A stretch of DNA of 64,000 nt from Octopus vulgaris (taxonomy: Eukaryota). The stretch lies in the NCBI GenBank assembly GCA_951406725.2, contig OX597831.1, forward strand, positions 52,204,001 to 52,268,000. The letters are read 5' to 3'. Shown here piece after piece: positions 37,586 to 50,848 of the stretch (its first letter is position 1; each line of letters begins with the position of its first letter). A program made the translations under genes and the position numbers. The notes beneath the pieces were generated by a model, which saw nothing but the letters and a program-made list of their open reading frames with translations, made no database searches and was not told the DNA's origin.

Positions 37586-39556
37586 TGTGTGTAGACGTGT
37601 GTTTGTATATGAGTATGTGCTGATTGGGAATAAATTTTTCTCAAAGTCACCAGAACTGCCAAGGGAAAATGTGTGTGTGTGTGTGTGTTTGTTCGTGTGT
37701 GTGTGTGTGGTGTGTGTGTGAGTGTGTGCGTGTGTATGTCTTTTGTATATACATATAATTTTGAATCTGATTTACAATAATTTTGTTGTAAAAACCATGT
37801 GTTGAATCAGTATTGTATACTTCAGGAGGATAAGTTTGCTGATAAGCACATTTCTAGTCATAATTAATTTTAATTTTAGTGTAACAATTCAAATAAATCA
37901 ATTATTTAGTTATTGTTTAGTTTCTTAAAAAAACGTTCATCCTACTGCTGTGACCTTATCAATGATTTTCCATTCAGTTACTAATTTACTTTCCTTCTTG
38001 TGTATGTTTTCAAGCAGGTATGAGTGTTGCATGACTTACTGTTTAGTTTTATGATGTTGCATTTATATTATACTTTCATATTTTTGTTTCTGTTTTTGTT
38101 GGTAACAAAATAAAAATGTGTATGTGTATAATTGTGTCTGAATAGTTTGTAGTTTGTGTTTACCTAATATGGGATCAGTGGTTGTTTGCATTTGTGGCTT
38201 ATGTGTGTATATTGTGTGTGTGTTGACTTTAGCAAACTTTAATCCTATTTTATCCTTGCTCTTGTATTAGTGTTGTTGTGGATGGTGGTTGTTGGAATGT
38301 TGTTACCTCACTGATTTTTTTTGCATTGAAACTCTGTGTGGATTCAGAATTCACTTCCAATATGTGTATTGCTTCTGTAACCTGTCAGTTTTGTGGCTTT
38401 TTGGATTTAGGGAAAAAGTTTCTTTCCAGCAATTGTAAATTTTGCTTGAATCCTCATCTGCATATGGTAGTATGCAGACACTTTATAGAATTTTGAGTTA
38501 GTGTATATGCATTTTATGTCCTATAATCTATTGAAGGGATTTATTAGCATTTGTTATCAGCATTAGTAGATTAGCATCAGGGTTAGGACAAAATGTAGAA
38601 GATTAGCACTAGGGTTAGGATTAAGGCCAGAGTAGTTGTTATCATTATCAGCAATCCTACATGAGTTTTATTTATATTTATATTTGCTTCTGTTTTCCCC
38701 TAATTTTCATCTAATTTGTGTGAAAGTTTTTCATTTCAGTTTCAAATAAAAAAAACAATCACTTTCCTAAATATGGAATATTTTGACAATGATGTAAAAA
38801 TAGATGTTACTGTAGGTGCATGTTACTATAGAACTGTTACACTCACTTTAACTGTATGTAACAACTATTGTTTTGTCAATTTGAGCCTTTATTGTCATTT
38901 TTTAAAATTCAAATTGACTGTAAAAATCCTAATGTTTCCACCACAACATTTTTGTCTTTACATTTTTACTGTACTTTAAGATAGTATAACATAACTACAC
39001 AAGTGATAGGAATGTAGTAGAAACAAACAAACAATCCAGAATATATAAAGGCAAGCTAAGAACGTTTAATTGATTGCTGTCTTTTGTGTACACAAATAAA
39101 GCAACAATATAGTTGTTTCTTATGGAGAGACTCAAATTTAAGCAGGAAACTCAGGACAGTTAAGCAATGAGACTTTGTGTATGTGAATGTGTGTGCATGC
39201 ATGCGCGTGTGTGTGCATGCATGCTTGTTTGGCTTTTCACTGTTACATGGACGCAGAATTTTTAAGCTTCATCATAACATGTTTTCGTTCACACAGAAAA
39301 TGAAAACCAAGACACATGTGAACATATACCACATGCACATAGACACACACATACATACACATACACACATATGTAGACACATATATTTGTATCTATCTAT
39401 CATTCTATCTATCTATTTATCTATCTGTCTATATATAGATTTATTTATATCTATCTATCTATATTTATATCTCTCTATATATATCTATGTATGTGTGTGT
39501 GTGTGTGTTTATATATGTAAAAACATATACATGTATATATGTAAATATATGTATAT

Positions 39557-39611
<55 letters not shown>

Positions 39612-40016
39612 TATATATACAGATATGATTATATGTGTGTGTGTGTGTGTGTGTGTTTGTCTATATATGTGTGTGTATATATATATCCATTTATGATAAT
39701 TATTCATCTATATATGTGTGAGTGTGTATGTTTGTATGTATGAGTGTGTATGTGTGTATATATGCATGTGTATGTATGTGCATACGTAATTCCAAAAAAG
39801 AAGTCATTAAATAAAAGATCCAAAATGATACTGAAGAATTGCTTTTATTCTTTTCTTGTCAGAAGACCATTTTGGAATCAAATTATCTATTGGAAATTTA
39901 TCTTAACTCACTTTACATGGAAAACACTTTAACTGGGATAAAGTTAACAGTCTTGTGCATACGTGTGTGTTTGAATTTCTTTTCTCATTCTTCCTCTTTC
40001 TTTCTATCTTTTTGTA

Positions 40017-40047
<31 letters not shown>

Positions 40048-40075
40048 TTCTGTATGCACATACATACATATATGT

Positions 40076-40112
<37 letters not shown>

Positions 40113-40310
40113 TAGATAGATAAATAGATATGGAAATATAGATAATTAGATATCAGATAAAGTTGGGTATGAGTAAATATGAATAGTTAAATGCATATTT
40201 ATATGCATATATGTGTTCATGTGCATGTGTGTGTGTGCATGTGCATGTGTGTATATATATGTATGTGTGTGTATGCACACATACACACATGTATATATAC
40301 ACACACACAC

Positions 40311-40344
<34 letters not shown>

Positions 40345-40367
40345 ATGAGTGTGTGCATGTGCATGTG

Positions 40368-40403
<36 letters not shown>

Positions 40404-40532
40404 TAATCCAAACAAGAAAGCACAGAAAAAAGAGAAAAAAAGAGAAAAAGAGAGAAAAAAACACAGCAACGCAGGACGTGGAACAATTAAAGTATTATAT
40501 ATATATATGCATATGTATATATATGTATATAC

Positions 40533-40568
<36 letters not shown>

Positions 40569-40582
40569 GTATATATATATAC

Positions 40583-40636
<54 letters not shown>

Positions 40637-40679
40637 AATGTGAGGATATTAGAATTCTTTTCCTTTGCCCTCATTTATG

Positions 40680-40729
<50 letters not shown>

Positions 40730-41216
40730 ACATATATATATGTATATGTGTATGTGTGCATGTGTGCATGTATAATGTATATGTATATCTATATATTTAT
40801 GCTCATATATAAATGTGCATACATGCATCCATCTATTTATCCATCCACCCATCTTTACATCCATCAAAACATAGAAATATACATGCACCAATGCATGCAT
40901 ACACATATACACATATACACACACATACATACACACTTATACATAAACACACATACATACATGCACATATGTGTGTGTTTGTGCATCCGAAATAGCTTAG
41001 TAAAAAATAAATTTCAAAATCATGATTAAATTGTCTCAAAGAGAGGGTGGGGTGAGAGAGAGAGGGTAGGGTGAGAGAGAGAGGGCGGGTGAGAGAGAGA
41101 GAGAGAAAGAGAGAGTGGGGAGGGTGATTGGCTCAAAGAAATAAACAAATAAATATGAAAATCGGAAAGAAAGGGAAAAGATGAAAGCAAACAGTAAAGA
41201 GAAAGAATTAAGGACC

Positions 41217-41610
41217 GGCGCAGGAGTGGCTGTGTGGTAAGTAGCTTGTTTACCAACCACATGGTTCCAGGTTCAGTCCCACTGCGTGGCACCTTGGGCA
41301 ACGTGTCTTCTACTGTAGCTTCGGGCCAACCAAAGCCTTATGAGTGGATTTGGTAGACGGAAACTGAAAGAAGCCCGTCGTATATATGTATATATATGTA
41401 TGTGCGTGTATGTTTGTGTGTCTGTGTTTGTCCCCCTAGCATTGCTTGTCAACTGATGCTGGTGTGTTTATGTCCCCGTCACTTAGCGGTTCGGCAAAAT
41501 AGACCGATAGAATAAGTACTGGGCTTACAAAAGAATAAGTCCCGGAGTCGAGTTGCTCGATTAAAGGCGGTGCTCCATCATGGCCGCAGTCAAAATGACT
41601 GAAACAAGAA
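41217..41610 (+). mobile_element. SINE family B, full length
   Basis: Near-consensus. Confidence 0.92.
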
Positions 41611-41958
41611 AAAAGAAAAAGGAAGAAAAGAAAGAAAGCCAAAAGAATGAAGACAGGAAAATATGAAAGAAAGAATTATGAAGGAAAAAAAGAAGAAGTA
41701 TGCCTGTGTGGTGAAGATGCTCACTTTGCAACCATGTGGTTTCAGGTTCGGTTTTAGGTTGCCCAGCAAATTGGGAAAATGCTTTTCTACAGCCCTGTAC
41801 TGGCCAATGCCTTGTGAATGAATGTATAGTGGAAGGAAGTCCATTGTATATACATACATGTTTGTGTGTGCATGTGTCTACAATGCTTCCATAACTCCCA
41901 TCTTGGCTATAGTCTTGGAGCCCTGATAATCCATTATAGCACTTACCCAGCATACCTA

Positions 41959-42176
41959 TTTCTTTATTGCCCACAAGGGGCTAAACATAGAGGGGACAAA
42001 CAAGGACTGACAAACGGATTAAGTCGATTACATCAACCCCAGGGCGTAACTGGTACTTAATTTATCGACCCCGAAAGGATGAAAGGCAAAGTCGACCTTG
42101 GCGGAATTTGAACTCAGAACGTAATGGCAGACAAAATACGGCTACGCATTTCGCCCGGTGTGCTAACATTTCAGCC
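41959..42176 (-). mobile_element. SINE family A with 21-bp TSD
   Basis: agcacttacccagcataccta at 41938-41958 and 42177-42197. Confidence 0.9.
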
Positions 42177-42240
42177 AGCACTTACCCAGCATACCTAGTC
42201 ATTTAGATCATCTGTGAACTAAACCCCCATATTTTTTTTT

Positions 42241-42271
<31 letters not shown>

Positions 42272-42449
42272 TTATATACGGCTGTGTGGTAAGAAGCTTG
42301 CTGTCCAGCCATATGGTTCCAGGTTCAGTCCCACTGCATGGCACCTTCAGCAAATGTCTTCTACTATAGCCTTGGGCCAACCAAACCATCGTGAGTGGAC
42401 TTGGTGGACGGAAACTGTAAGAAGCCAATCATATATATACATACATGAC

Positions 42450-42620
42450 CACTGACCAGATCTGTGAATGGTGCAAAGTCCCCTCTCAACCCTATAGCCT
42501 AGTCACCTGTATAGTTAACCAGGTGATACATGGAGTCATACCCAATGACTGGTGTAGCAGCACCATAGTCAACTGCTACAAAGGTAAAGGTAACGCTTTA
42601 GATACAAACAATTACAGAGC
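42450..42620 (+). mobile_element. RTE LINE fragment
   Basis: IVNQVIHGVIPNDWCSSTIVNCYKGKGNALDTNNYR, the pre-RT motif. Confidence 0.75.
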
Positions 42621-43382
42621 AAATTTAGGAGTAGTGGTTTAATCAATTTCATCAACCCCAGTACATGACTGGTACTTATTTTATCAACCTCAAAATGTTG
42701 AATGGCAAAGTTGACCTCAGTGACAATGAGAATATAAAGAACTGCAAGACATCCCACTAAGCCATTTTGTTTAATACGCTAACAATTGTGCTTGCTCACC
42801 GCCTTAATAAGAAAGAATTATTGAATGGAAAAGGGAAAAACATATCAAGGATATAAAGACATGGAAAAAAATGAAAGACAGGCAGAAAGAAGGAAACAAA
42901 TCCAATACAAAGATAGAAAAAAAATTTGAAAAAGATGTAACAAGCCAAAAATAATATAACATTAATATTGTACCCCTCAGAGTTCTTAGACACATGAAAT
43001 AAAAGTTAACAAAAACACGGATTTTAAGGTATAAAAATAATAAAATCGATAAAGAAATGAAGTTGAAAGATGTAGAATGTAGACGCTAAGAAAATGTGAA
43101 AGACGAAGGAATATGAGTGCGAAGAAGAAAAACAATGTATGGAAACTGAATGGTGTTGCTGTTGCAAAATAATTAAGTTCGCAATATTTTCACTTCTCAA
43201 TTTTAACATTTATTTTTCTTTTTGCTTTTGTGAAAGGGTTTGGCCAACTACCAGAAAACTGCTGCTACTTTCTTCACTCCCATCCAGCCATCGTGAAAGC
43301 CACCTCCACTGACATGATACTGTCCATCCGTCCATCTATCTATCCATCCATCCATCCATCTGATCATACATACATACATACA

Positions 43383-43693
<311 letters not shown>

Positions 43694-43698
43694 AATAC

Positions 43699-43742
<44 letters not shown>

Positions 43743-43743
<1 letters not shown>

Positions 43744-44307
43744 GGTGTAGGAGTAGCTGTGTGGCAAGTAGCTTGCTTACCAACCACATGGTTCTGGGTT
43801 CAGTCCCACTGCATGGAACCTTGGGCAAGTGTGTTTTACTATAGCCTCAGGCCGACTAAAGCTTTGTGAGTGGATTTGGTAGATGGAAACTGAAAGAAGC
43901 TCATCGTATATATATATATATAGTGGTTAGCGTTATGAAGGGCATCCAGCCATAGAAACACTGCCAGATCTGACTAGGCCTGATGAAGCCTTCCGGCTTC
44001 ACAGACCCCAGTTAAACCGTCCAACCCATGCTAGCATGGAAAACGGATTCTAAACGATGATGATGATGATGATGATGATATATATGTATGTGTATATGTT
44101 TGTGTGTCTGTGCTTGTCCCCCTAACATCGCTTAACAATCGATGCTGGTGTTTTTACATCCCCGTAACTTAGCGGTTCAGCAAAAGAGACCAATAGAATA
44201 AGTACTAGGCTTACAAAGAATAAGTCCTGGGCTCAATTTGCTTGACTAAAGGCTGTGCTTCAGCATGGCCACAGTCAAATGACTGAAACAAATAAAAGAG
44301 TAAAAGA

Positions 44308-44310
<3 letters not shown>
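43743..44310 (+). mobile_element. SINE family B with RTE-tail repeat (~43922-44078) nested in its (TA)n
   Basis: Head and tail of B flank a (GAT)n-tailed insert. Confidence 0.85.
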
Positions 44311-44349
<39 letters not shown>

Positions 44350-44671
44350 ACACACACACACACACATATATCATCATCATCATCATCATCATCATCGTTT
44401 AACGTCTGTTTTCTATGCTGGCATAGGTTGGACAGGTTGACTGAGGTCTGGCGAGCCAGTAGGCTGCACCAAGCTCCAATCTGATCTGGCAAGGTTTTTA
44501 CAGTTGGATACCCTTTCTAATGCCAACCACTCTGAGCATGTAGTGACTGTTTTTTTACATGCCAGTGGCACAGGTACCAGACCAGGTACCACTGGCATCA
44601 ACCACATTTCGATGGTACTTCTTATGTGCCACCAGCATGGGAATCAGTTGTGTAGGGAGCATATACATATG

Positions 44672-44709
<38 letters not shown>

Positions 44710-44859
44710 CATAATTGGAAATAGTATATCTCAAGCTACACACATACAACAAACAACAACATGTAAATATTGAATTGAAAAACCCGTTTGGGGTTTTATT
44801 TGTAGCTTTATGTGTACTTCAAGAATATATATACATATATATGTATGTGTATATCTATA

Positions 44860-44952
<93 letters not shown>

Positions 44953-44980
44953 CTATATATTTATATATATGTGTGTATAA

Positions 44981-45038
<58 letters not shown>

Positions 45039-45508
45039 ATGTATATGTGTGTATATATATATATATCTTGATGCAAACATGGAAAATAAAACTCAAAATA
45101 TGACTCTATGTATATTTTTATTAATATTTTAGCAGAAGCAACAGAGTGACTGAAGGCCCAAGAGTTTTGAGTTTTGTGCGTTGGTACTTATTAAGTGATA
45201 AGTGATATGTGGCACATTGCTGTAGTCGAGAAAACCTGACCACCAAAACAGAATTGATAACCTGAAAACAAGGTGCCTTGTAAAAAGCATTGGTTTGGTT
45301 GCAGGTGCCATATAAAGAGCACTGGTGATATGGCCATGTAAAAAGCACCCAGTACACTCTGTAAAGTGGTTGCTGTTAGGAAGGGCATCCAGCCATAGAA
45401 ACCAAGCCAAATCAGATTATGGAACCTGGTGTGGCTCCTGGCCTTGCCAGTTCATGTCAAGCTGTCCAACCTATGCCTGCATGGACAACAGACAGTAAAT
45501 GTTTATGA

Positions 45509-45559
<51 letters not shown>

Positions 45560-46160
45560 TACAGATATACATACACATATACATATATGTGTGTGTGTGT
45601 CATCCCTATTTTCGTGTCTACTTTTCCATCATGCATGAATTAGTCAGATAGTCATCTTTTGCATGGCATGGGTCCTTAACTCACCAGAAAGAACAGTCAA
45701 ACAAACCTCCCTCAAATCATATGATCTTAGAACTGTAAAGACACAGTATGTGAGATACATTATGCCTTTATAAAGAAAAAAAAAAAAGATCCTTCTGATG
45801 TTCACAACAGGAATGCCTTTTGTCATGGGTCTGATCAATCAAACCTAACCTGGGGTTAAACAACAACTCTATCTGCTATAGCTTCGCTATGAACACCTTA
45901 CAACAGCGATTATATTACCTAGGTCATATATAAACTGACAGCTGCAGGCAAAGTTCATTGATTCCATTGAATCAATGAACTACTTTTATACATGGAAACA
46001 ATGAGTGAACTTCTACGTGGTTGCTTGATTTCCTAGAAGTGACAGTGAAATCTTCCACAGAACCCACCCCAATCCTTTTCAAATTGGATAATGATCAGGT
46101 GAAATCTGAGGAATTAATTATTCAATGATTCATCTGTTCATCTGTCTGTTTTGCTTGGTT

Positions 46161-46200
<40 letters not shown>

Positions 46201-46503
46201 AGAAAGAAAGGAAAGAAGAAAGAAAGAGGGAGGGAGAGAGAGTGAGTGAGTGAGAGAGAGAGAAAGAGAAAGGGAGAGAGGGGGAGATATGAATTTGACC
46301 ATACAGTCTGTTTGGTTATTGTGTGTTTGTGTTTGTGTGTGTGTATGTGTGTGTGTAAGGTTGTAATGTACAAAAAAACAAAAGACAGAAACAAGTGAGG
46401 AAGCAACAAAGTGCATTAGTTTGATACACTGGAAAAAGGAATGAGGAAAGAACACAGAAAAACAGAGAGAGGTAAATATATATATATATATATATATATA
46501 CAT

Positions 46504-46578
<75 letters not shown>

Positions 46579-46734
46579 TATACACTAGAAAAAACTCCTC
46601 ACAAAAAGTTAGTAACATCCCTGTAACAGATTTCATAACATGTTTAAAAAAATAATTTTAAAAAAAACACCTTTACACTTCAAAAACTGTATTATGAAAT
46701 CCTCATAGACTTTCAAATACACACACATACACAC

Positions 46735-46777
<43 letters not shown>

Positions 46778-46945
46778 TAGTTATCGCCATACTAATATGG
46801 TAGTCTATAAATATAAGATTAAAGCTGTTGCTGATTAGCTCCAAGAGGCCATCGCCTCTAGCTAGCTATATGACACACACGAACCTGCGTCCATTACAAC
46901 CTTCGAACAGGAGAGGTCAGCCGTTTCACCTTGCTAGTCAGACAT

Positions 46946-46987
46946 CTGCAGACATGTTTCCAGGGTTGTTGCCCTTTATCAATGCAG
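46946..46987 (-). ncRNA. Minimal hammerhead motif, mirror copy (one extra G before GAAAC)
   Basis: Minus strand ctgca-ttgataa-aggg-caacaa-ccct-g-gaa-acatgt-c-tgcag. Confidence 0.6.
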
Positions 46988-47137
46988 CGTAGTCAGACCC
47001 GCAGGTGTCGCTACTGACAGTCTGTTTGAAGATTTTGTTTACCTTTTATTGAAAACAAGTGGATGTATTCCACTGTAACTAGGTAAATAAAATCTTCAAA
47101 CAGACGGTCAGTAGCGACACCTGCGGGTCTGACTACG

Positions 47138-47178
47138 CTGCATTGATAAAGGGCAACAACCCTGAAACATGTCTGCAG
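47138..47178 (+). ncRNA. Minimal type I hammerhead ribozyme motif (U3-A8 variant)
   Basis: CTGCA-TTGATAA-AGGG-caacaa-CCCT-GAA-ACATGT-C-TGCAG: stem I, core, stem II, palindromic stem III, GUC site. Confidence 0.72.
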
Positions 47179-47404
47179 ATGTCTGACTAGCAAGGTGAAG
47201 TGGCTGACCTCCCCTGTTCGAAGGTTGTAATAGACGCAGGTTCATGTGTCATATAGCTAGCTAAAGGTGATGGCCTCTTGGAGCTAATCAGCAACAGCTT
47301 TAATCTTATATTTATAGACTACCATATTAGTATGGCGATAACTATTAATATCCAGTAATGCTGCCGTAATCTCCTTTAGAGGGACTTAGTAATTTTAATA
47401 TTTC

Positions 47405-47444
<40 letters not shown>

Positions 47445-47446
<2 letters not shown>

Positions 47447-47640
47447 TGGGGAGAATTCACAAAAAAAAAACAAAAGACGAAGCCAGGTGATGTAGACAAC
47501 AAACAGATGTATTAGTATAACGCTCAGCAAGTGAAAAAGTCTTTAACGTTTCGAGCCTACGCTCTTCCACAGAAAGGAACACAGAAAGAAAGGAGGAAAG
47601 AAAATAAAGAATGTGAGTGGCTAGCGATCTATATACGTAG
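47445..47640 (-). mobile_element. Penelope-type terminal-repeat fragment with hammerhead-like motif
   Basis: Minus strand cttt-CTGTGGA-A-GAGCgtagGCTC-GAAACGTT-aaag. Confidence 0.6.
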
Positions 47641-47725
47641 TCAATAAAACATATATCAGAAAAGAAGCACACTCTAAAGAATAGAGCAGTGATTATTACA
47701 ACGAAAATTAAAATTTTGGACATAG

Positions 47726-47782
47726 AGTCACCAAAGGTTTCGTATCCACAGAGCCAAAGACTTGTGGACAACTCGTCAGACT
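47726..47782 (-). ncRNA. Hammerhead ribozyme motif (intact core, GUG at cleavage triplet)
   Basis: agt-CTGACGA-GTtGTCCACA..TGTGGATAC-GAA-ACC ttt GGT-g-act. Confidence 0.65.
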
Positions 47783-48216
47783 ATAAACAAAGACAAAAAA
47801 TTTTTAATTTTCTATGTCGCGTGGATGTGAGGAAACACTCAGAAATCAAGATTTATGTCTTAACATATAAAAACGCTAATGAGGCCAGGTTTTCTCCCCT
47901 GAACCAGAATATAAAGCAACCCTTGTAGACCCAAAAAAGCCTAACCAGCAAATGGGGAGATCCAATTTTCCAGTGGGTGGTGCTTGAAGTGGACACATTT
48001 AGAAAAAACTTCTTTACAGCTATTTAACACGCCAGATTTAGTATAGTCCTTAAGAATTTTGGCTCTCTCCATGATACAGATTTTGCAATGGCCACTCCCA
48101 TTAATATGTGCTGGTTAGGCTTTTTCAGGTCTATAAGGGTTGTTTTAGCCTCTAGTTCAGAGGAGACAACCCATCCTCATTAACGTAGAAAATTAAAATT
48201 TTTTGTCTTTGTATAA

Positions 48217-48273
48217 AGTCTAACGAGCTGTCCACAAGGCTTTGACTTTGTGGATATGAAACCCCTGGTAACT
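48217..48273 (+). ncRNA. Hammerhead ribozyme motif (G5A core change, GUA site)
   Basis: agt-CTAACGA-gctgtccacaa..ttgtggatat-GAA-ACC cct GGT-A-act. Confidence 0.55.
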
Positions 48274-48311
48274 CTATGTCCAAAATTTAAACTTTTGTTG
48301 TAATATATACA

Positions 48312-49550
48312 CAGACATGCTGGAAATAAATAGACACCTTTAATTTTCAAAATCTTTTATTTAATATGCAAAGCAAACAATTGAAATGTAATCGATAGGT
48401 AGGATTATATACTTTAGTATTTAGTTGACATTCCTTTTGCAGTGTTTAATTCAGAAGCACTTTTTGACATTGAACTGATGAGCTTTGTGATTGTCTCTTG
48501 TGGAATTTCTGCCCACTTTTCACACAGTCGAAACAATTCATCTTTAGATATTGGTTTCTGTCGAGTTTTTTGTATAGCTCTATCTAGTATACTCCAAAGA
48601 TTTTCAATTGGGTTCATGTCAGGCGATTGGCTCGCCCAAAGAAGCTTTTTGGTCCCATTTTCAGTCAGCCATTGAGCCCCATCTTCCATGAATAACAACT
48701 CATTTTTTGTTATGTTATCGTGTGAATACATCGAAAGTAGCCCTTGCTTAAGTATTTCGATGTATTTTTTAGAATTTATGGTTCCAACGCATTCATTCAG
48801 CTCAGAATGACCATTGCTGGTGACAGCTCTCCATACCATTACAGAGATACTGCCATATTTCACAGTTGGTTGGAGTCGTTTCAAATCAAATTCTTGATTG
48901 GGAAGCTTCCAGACCCAAACATGTCCACTGTCTGAAAATAATGCAAATCTGGATTCATCTGAGAAAATCACTCTATCCCAAAATGAACAGGATTTTTCTG
49001 ACATCTTAGCCCATTTCTTTCTTTTCATGATATTAATTGGTTGAAGGAGAGGTTTTCTTCTAGCTACTTGTCCATAATACCAAAGCTTATGCAGATATGT
49101 AACACACGTTCTTGGACTAACTTCTAGCTGTTTTGCAATGTCAGAAGCCTTCGAACGGGGTTCGTTTTCCACAATTCTCTTCAAACAGTGAAGTTTCCTT
49201 TCCGAGGGCCCAGGTCAGTCGGGACGAGAATCTGTTAATTCTTTTCCTTGGCTTTTGAATTGCACTATAATTCAATTAACAGTAGCAAGAGGAACTTGAA
49301 GATTTTCGGCAATTTTTTGCTGGCTAAGACCAACCTCAGATTGCCCAACAATACGATCTCTTTGAAAATCTGACAGTTCTGCTGAATTTTTTGTGCATGG
49401 TATGGTTACTCTTTGCAAATGTTTAATACAATGGCACCTGGAATGAAAAAGAATAATTACATTGTAAATTCTACACTGCTGAAAGCATATTAAGACACTT
49501 AGATCAGAAATTTTGAAAATTAAAGGTGTTATTTACTTCCTGCATGTCTG
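48312..49550 (-). mobile_element. Full-length dead Tc1-like transposon
   Basis: ~40-bp TIRs cagacatgctggaaataaatagacacctttaattttcaaaat; transposase ~49403-48414 with VIFSDESRF, FMEDGA, QSPDMNPIENLW; stops in the N-terminus. Confidence 0.93.
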
Positions 49551-49609
49551 TGTATGTGTGTGTGTGTATCTCTGTGTGTGTATATGTCTGTTTGTATGTA
49601 TGATGAATG

Positions 49610-50848
49610 TTTATTTTACTTTATCTCAACAAAAAGCGATGTAGTTAATCAAAGTATGCACCTAAATTATCCACATGATTTTGTCATTTTATCAGTAGCT
49701 TATTTATGCTGACAGTGAAGAATTCTGGAGACCAGGAGGTGATGAAATTACAAAAGGCTGTTTTTGCAATACCTTCAGATTTGAAGTTTTTTCCTTGCAA
49801 AAAATTGTCTAATGCCTGGAATATATGATAGTCTGTTGGTGCAAGCTCTGGTGAATATGGTGGATGACAGAGTGTTTCCAGGTTCAATTCCTGTAACTTG
49901 AGTAGCATTCTTTGTGTAACATGTATTTGAGCATTGTCTTGCAAGAGAATTGGCCTGTCTCGACCAATCTTGGTTGTTAAATTGCAAGTTCACTCATCAT
50001 ATCATCCAATTGGTTGATGTAAACATCTGCTGTAGTTGACTTACCAGGTCTCATGAAGATGTAGTGGATGACACCAGCATTGGACCACCAAACAGACATG
50101 ATTAGCTTTTTTTGGTGAATATTCTTTTTTCGATTGCGTTTTGGCACTTCATCTCTATTCAACAACCATGTGAAATGCTTGCTATTGTTGAAAAGAATCC
50201 ATTTTTCATCATACGTAACAATATGATGCAAAAATGGTTTGCCTTTATGCTGTGACAGCAAAGAACAGCAAGTTTCAAGATGATGTATCATTTGATGCTC
50301 GTTCAATTCATGTGGTACCCTCTTGTCCAGTTTCTTTACCTTGTTGATTTCTTTCAGATGGTCCAATACAATTGGAAATGAAATATCAAATCTTGCTGCT
50401 AATTCACACGTAGTTTGAGATGTATCTGCTTCTCCTAGTTTCCAGCTCATCATTATCCACCTTGGTCTCAGGTCTACCATGGGGCTGATTTGAAGAGTAA
50501 AGTCACCAGACTGGAACTTCTCAGATCATCGATGTACAGCGTGCTCATTCGCAACAACTTCACCAAACATCTCATTGATGTTTCAAGCTATCTGAGATAC
50601 ATTGGTTCCATGACAGAACTCATATTCATAAACAACACAAATTTTCAATCTATCCATGGATTCATAAAAATTGATTTACAAGAGAAAACTCACAATATAA
50701 TCAGACACCCTGAATTGCATTTCGAAAAGTGATGATGTAAACTCTTCAATGTTGTAAAACAAAGAATTGTCAGGATAAATCATTAGAGTTAACGACTGTC
50801 AAACTTGGTGCATAAGAAAATCAGACATTTCGTTCTTAATGACCTGAT
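49610..50848 (-). mobile_element. Dead mariner transposon (transposase pseudogene 50657-49645)
   Basis: RVPHEL, VTYDEKW, QDNAQIH, HPPYSPELAPTDYHIF, GAYFD*; 5' TIR at ~50821-50848; frameshifts. Confidence 0.92.

Larger units (their letters stand above)
46771..47351. mobile_element. Fold-back element 1: ~272-bp near-perfect inverted arms, 36-bp spacer
   Basis: 46771-47044 is the reverse complement of 47081-47351 with few mismatches; no real ORF; abuts (TA)n. Confidence 0.92.
47694..48305. mobile_element. Fold-back element 2: long imperfect inverted arms, hammerhead motif in each
   Basis: tattacaac..aattttggacatagagtcacc.. is inverted at ..ggtaactctatgtccaaaattt..gttgtaata; homology extends inward (gcctaaccagca / tgctggttaggc). 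Confidence 0.88.

Noticed and set aside
38578-38628. TAGGGTTAGG telomere-like motifs
   Set aside because: Only one or two units each; not an interstitial telomere array.
48414-49184. 256-aa transposase ORF as an active or domesticated gene
   Set aside because: N-terminus has stops and no ATG, and there is a deletion after the second catalytic Asp; dead Tc1 copy.
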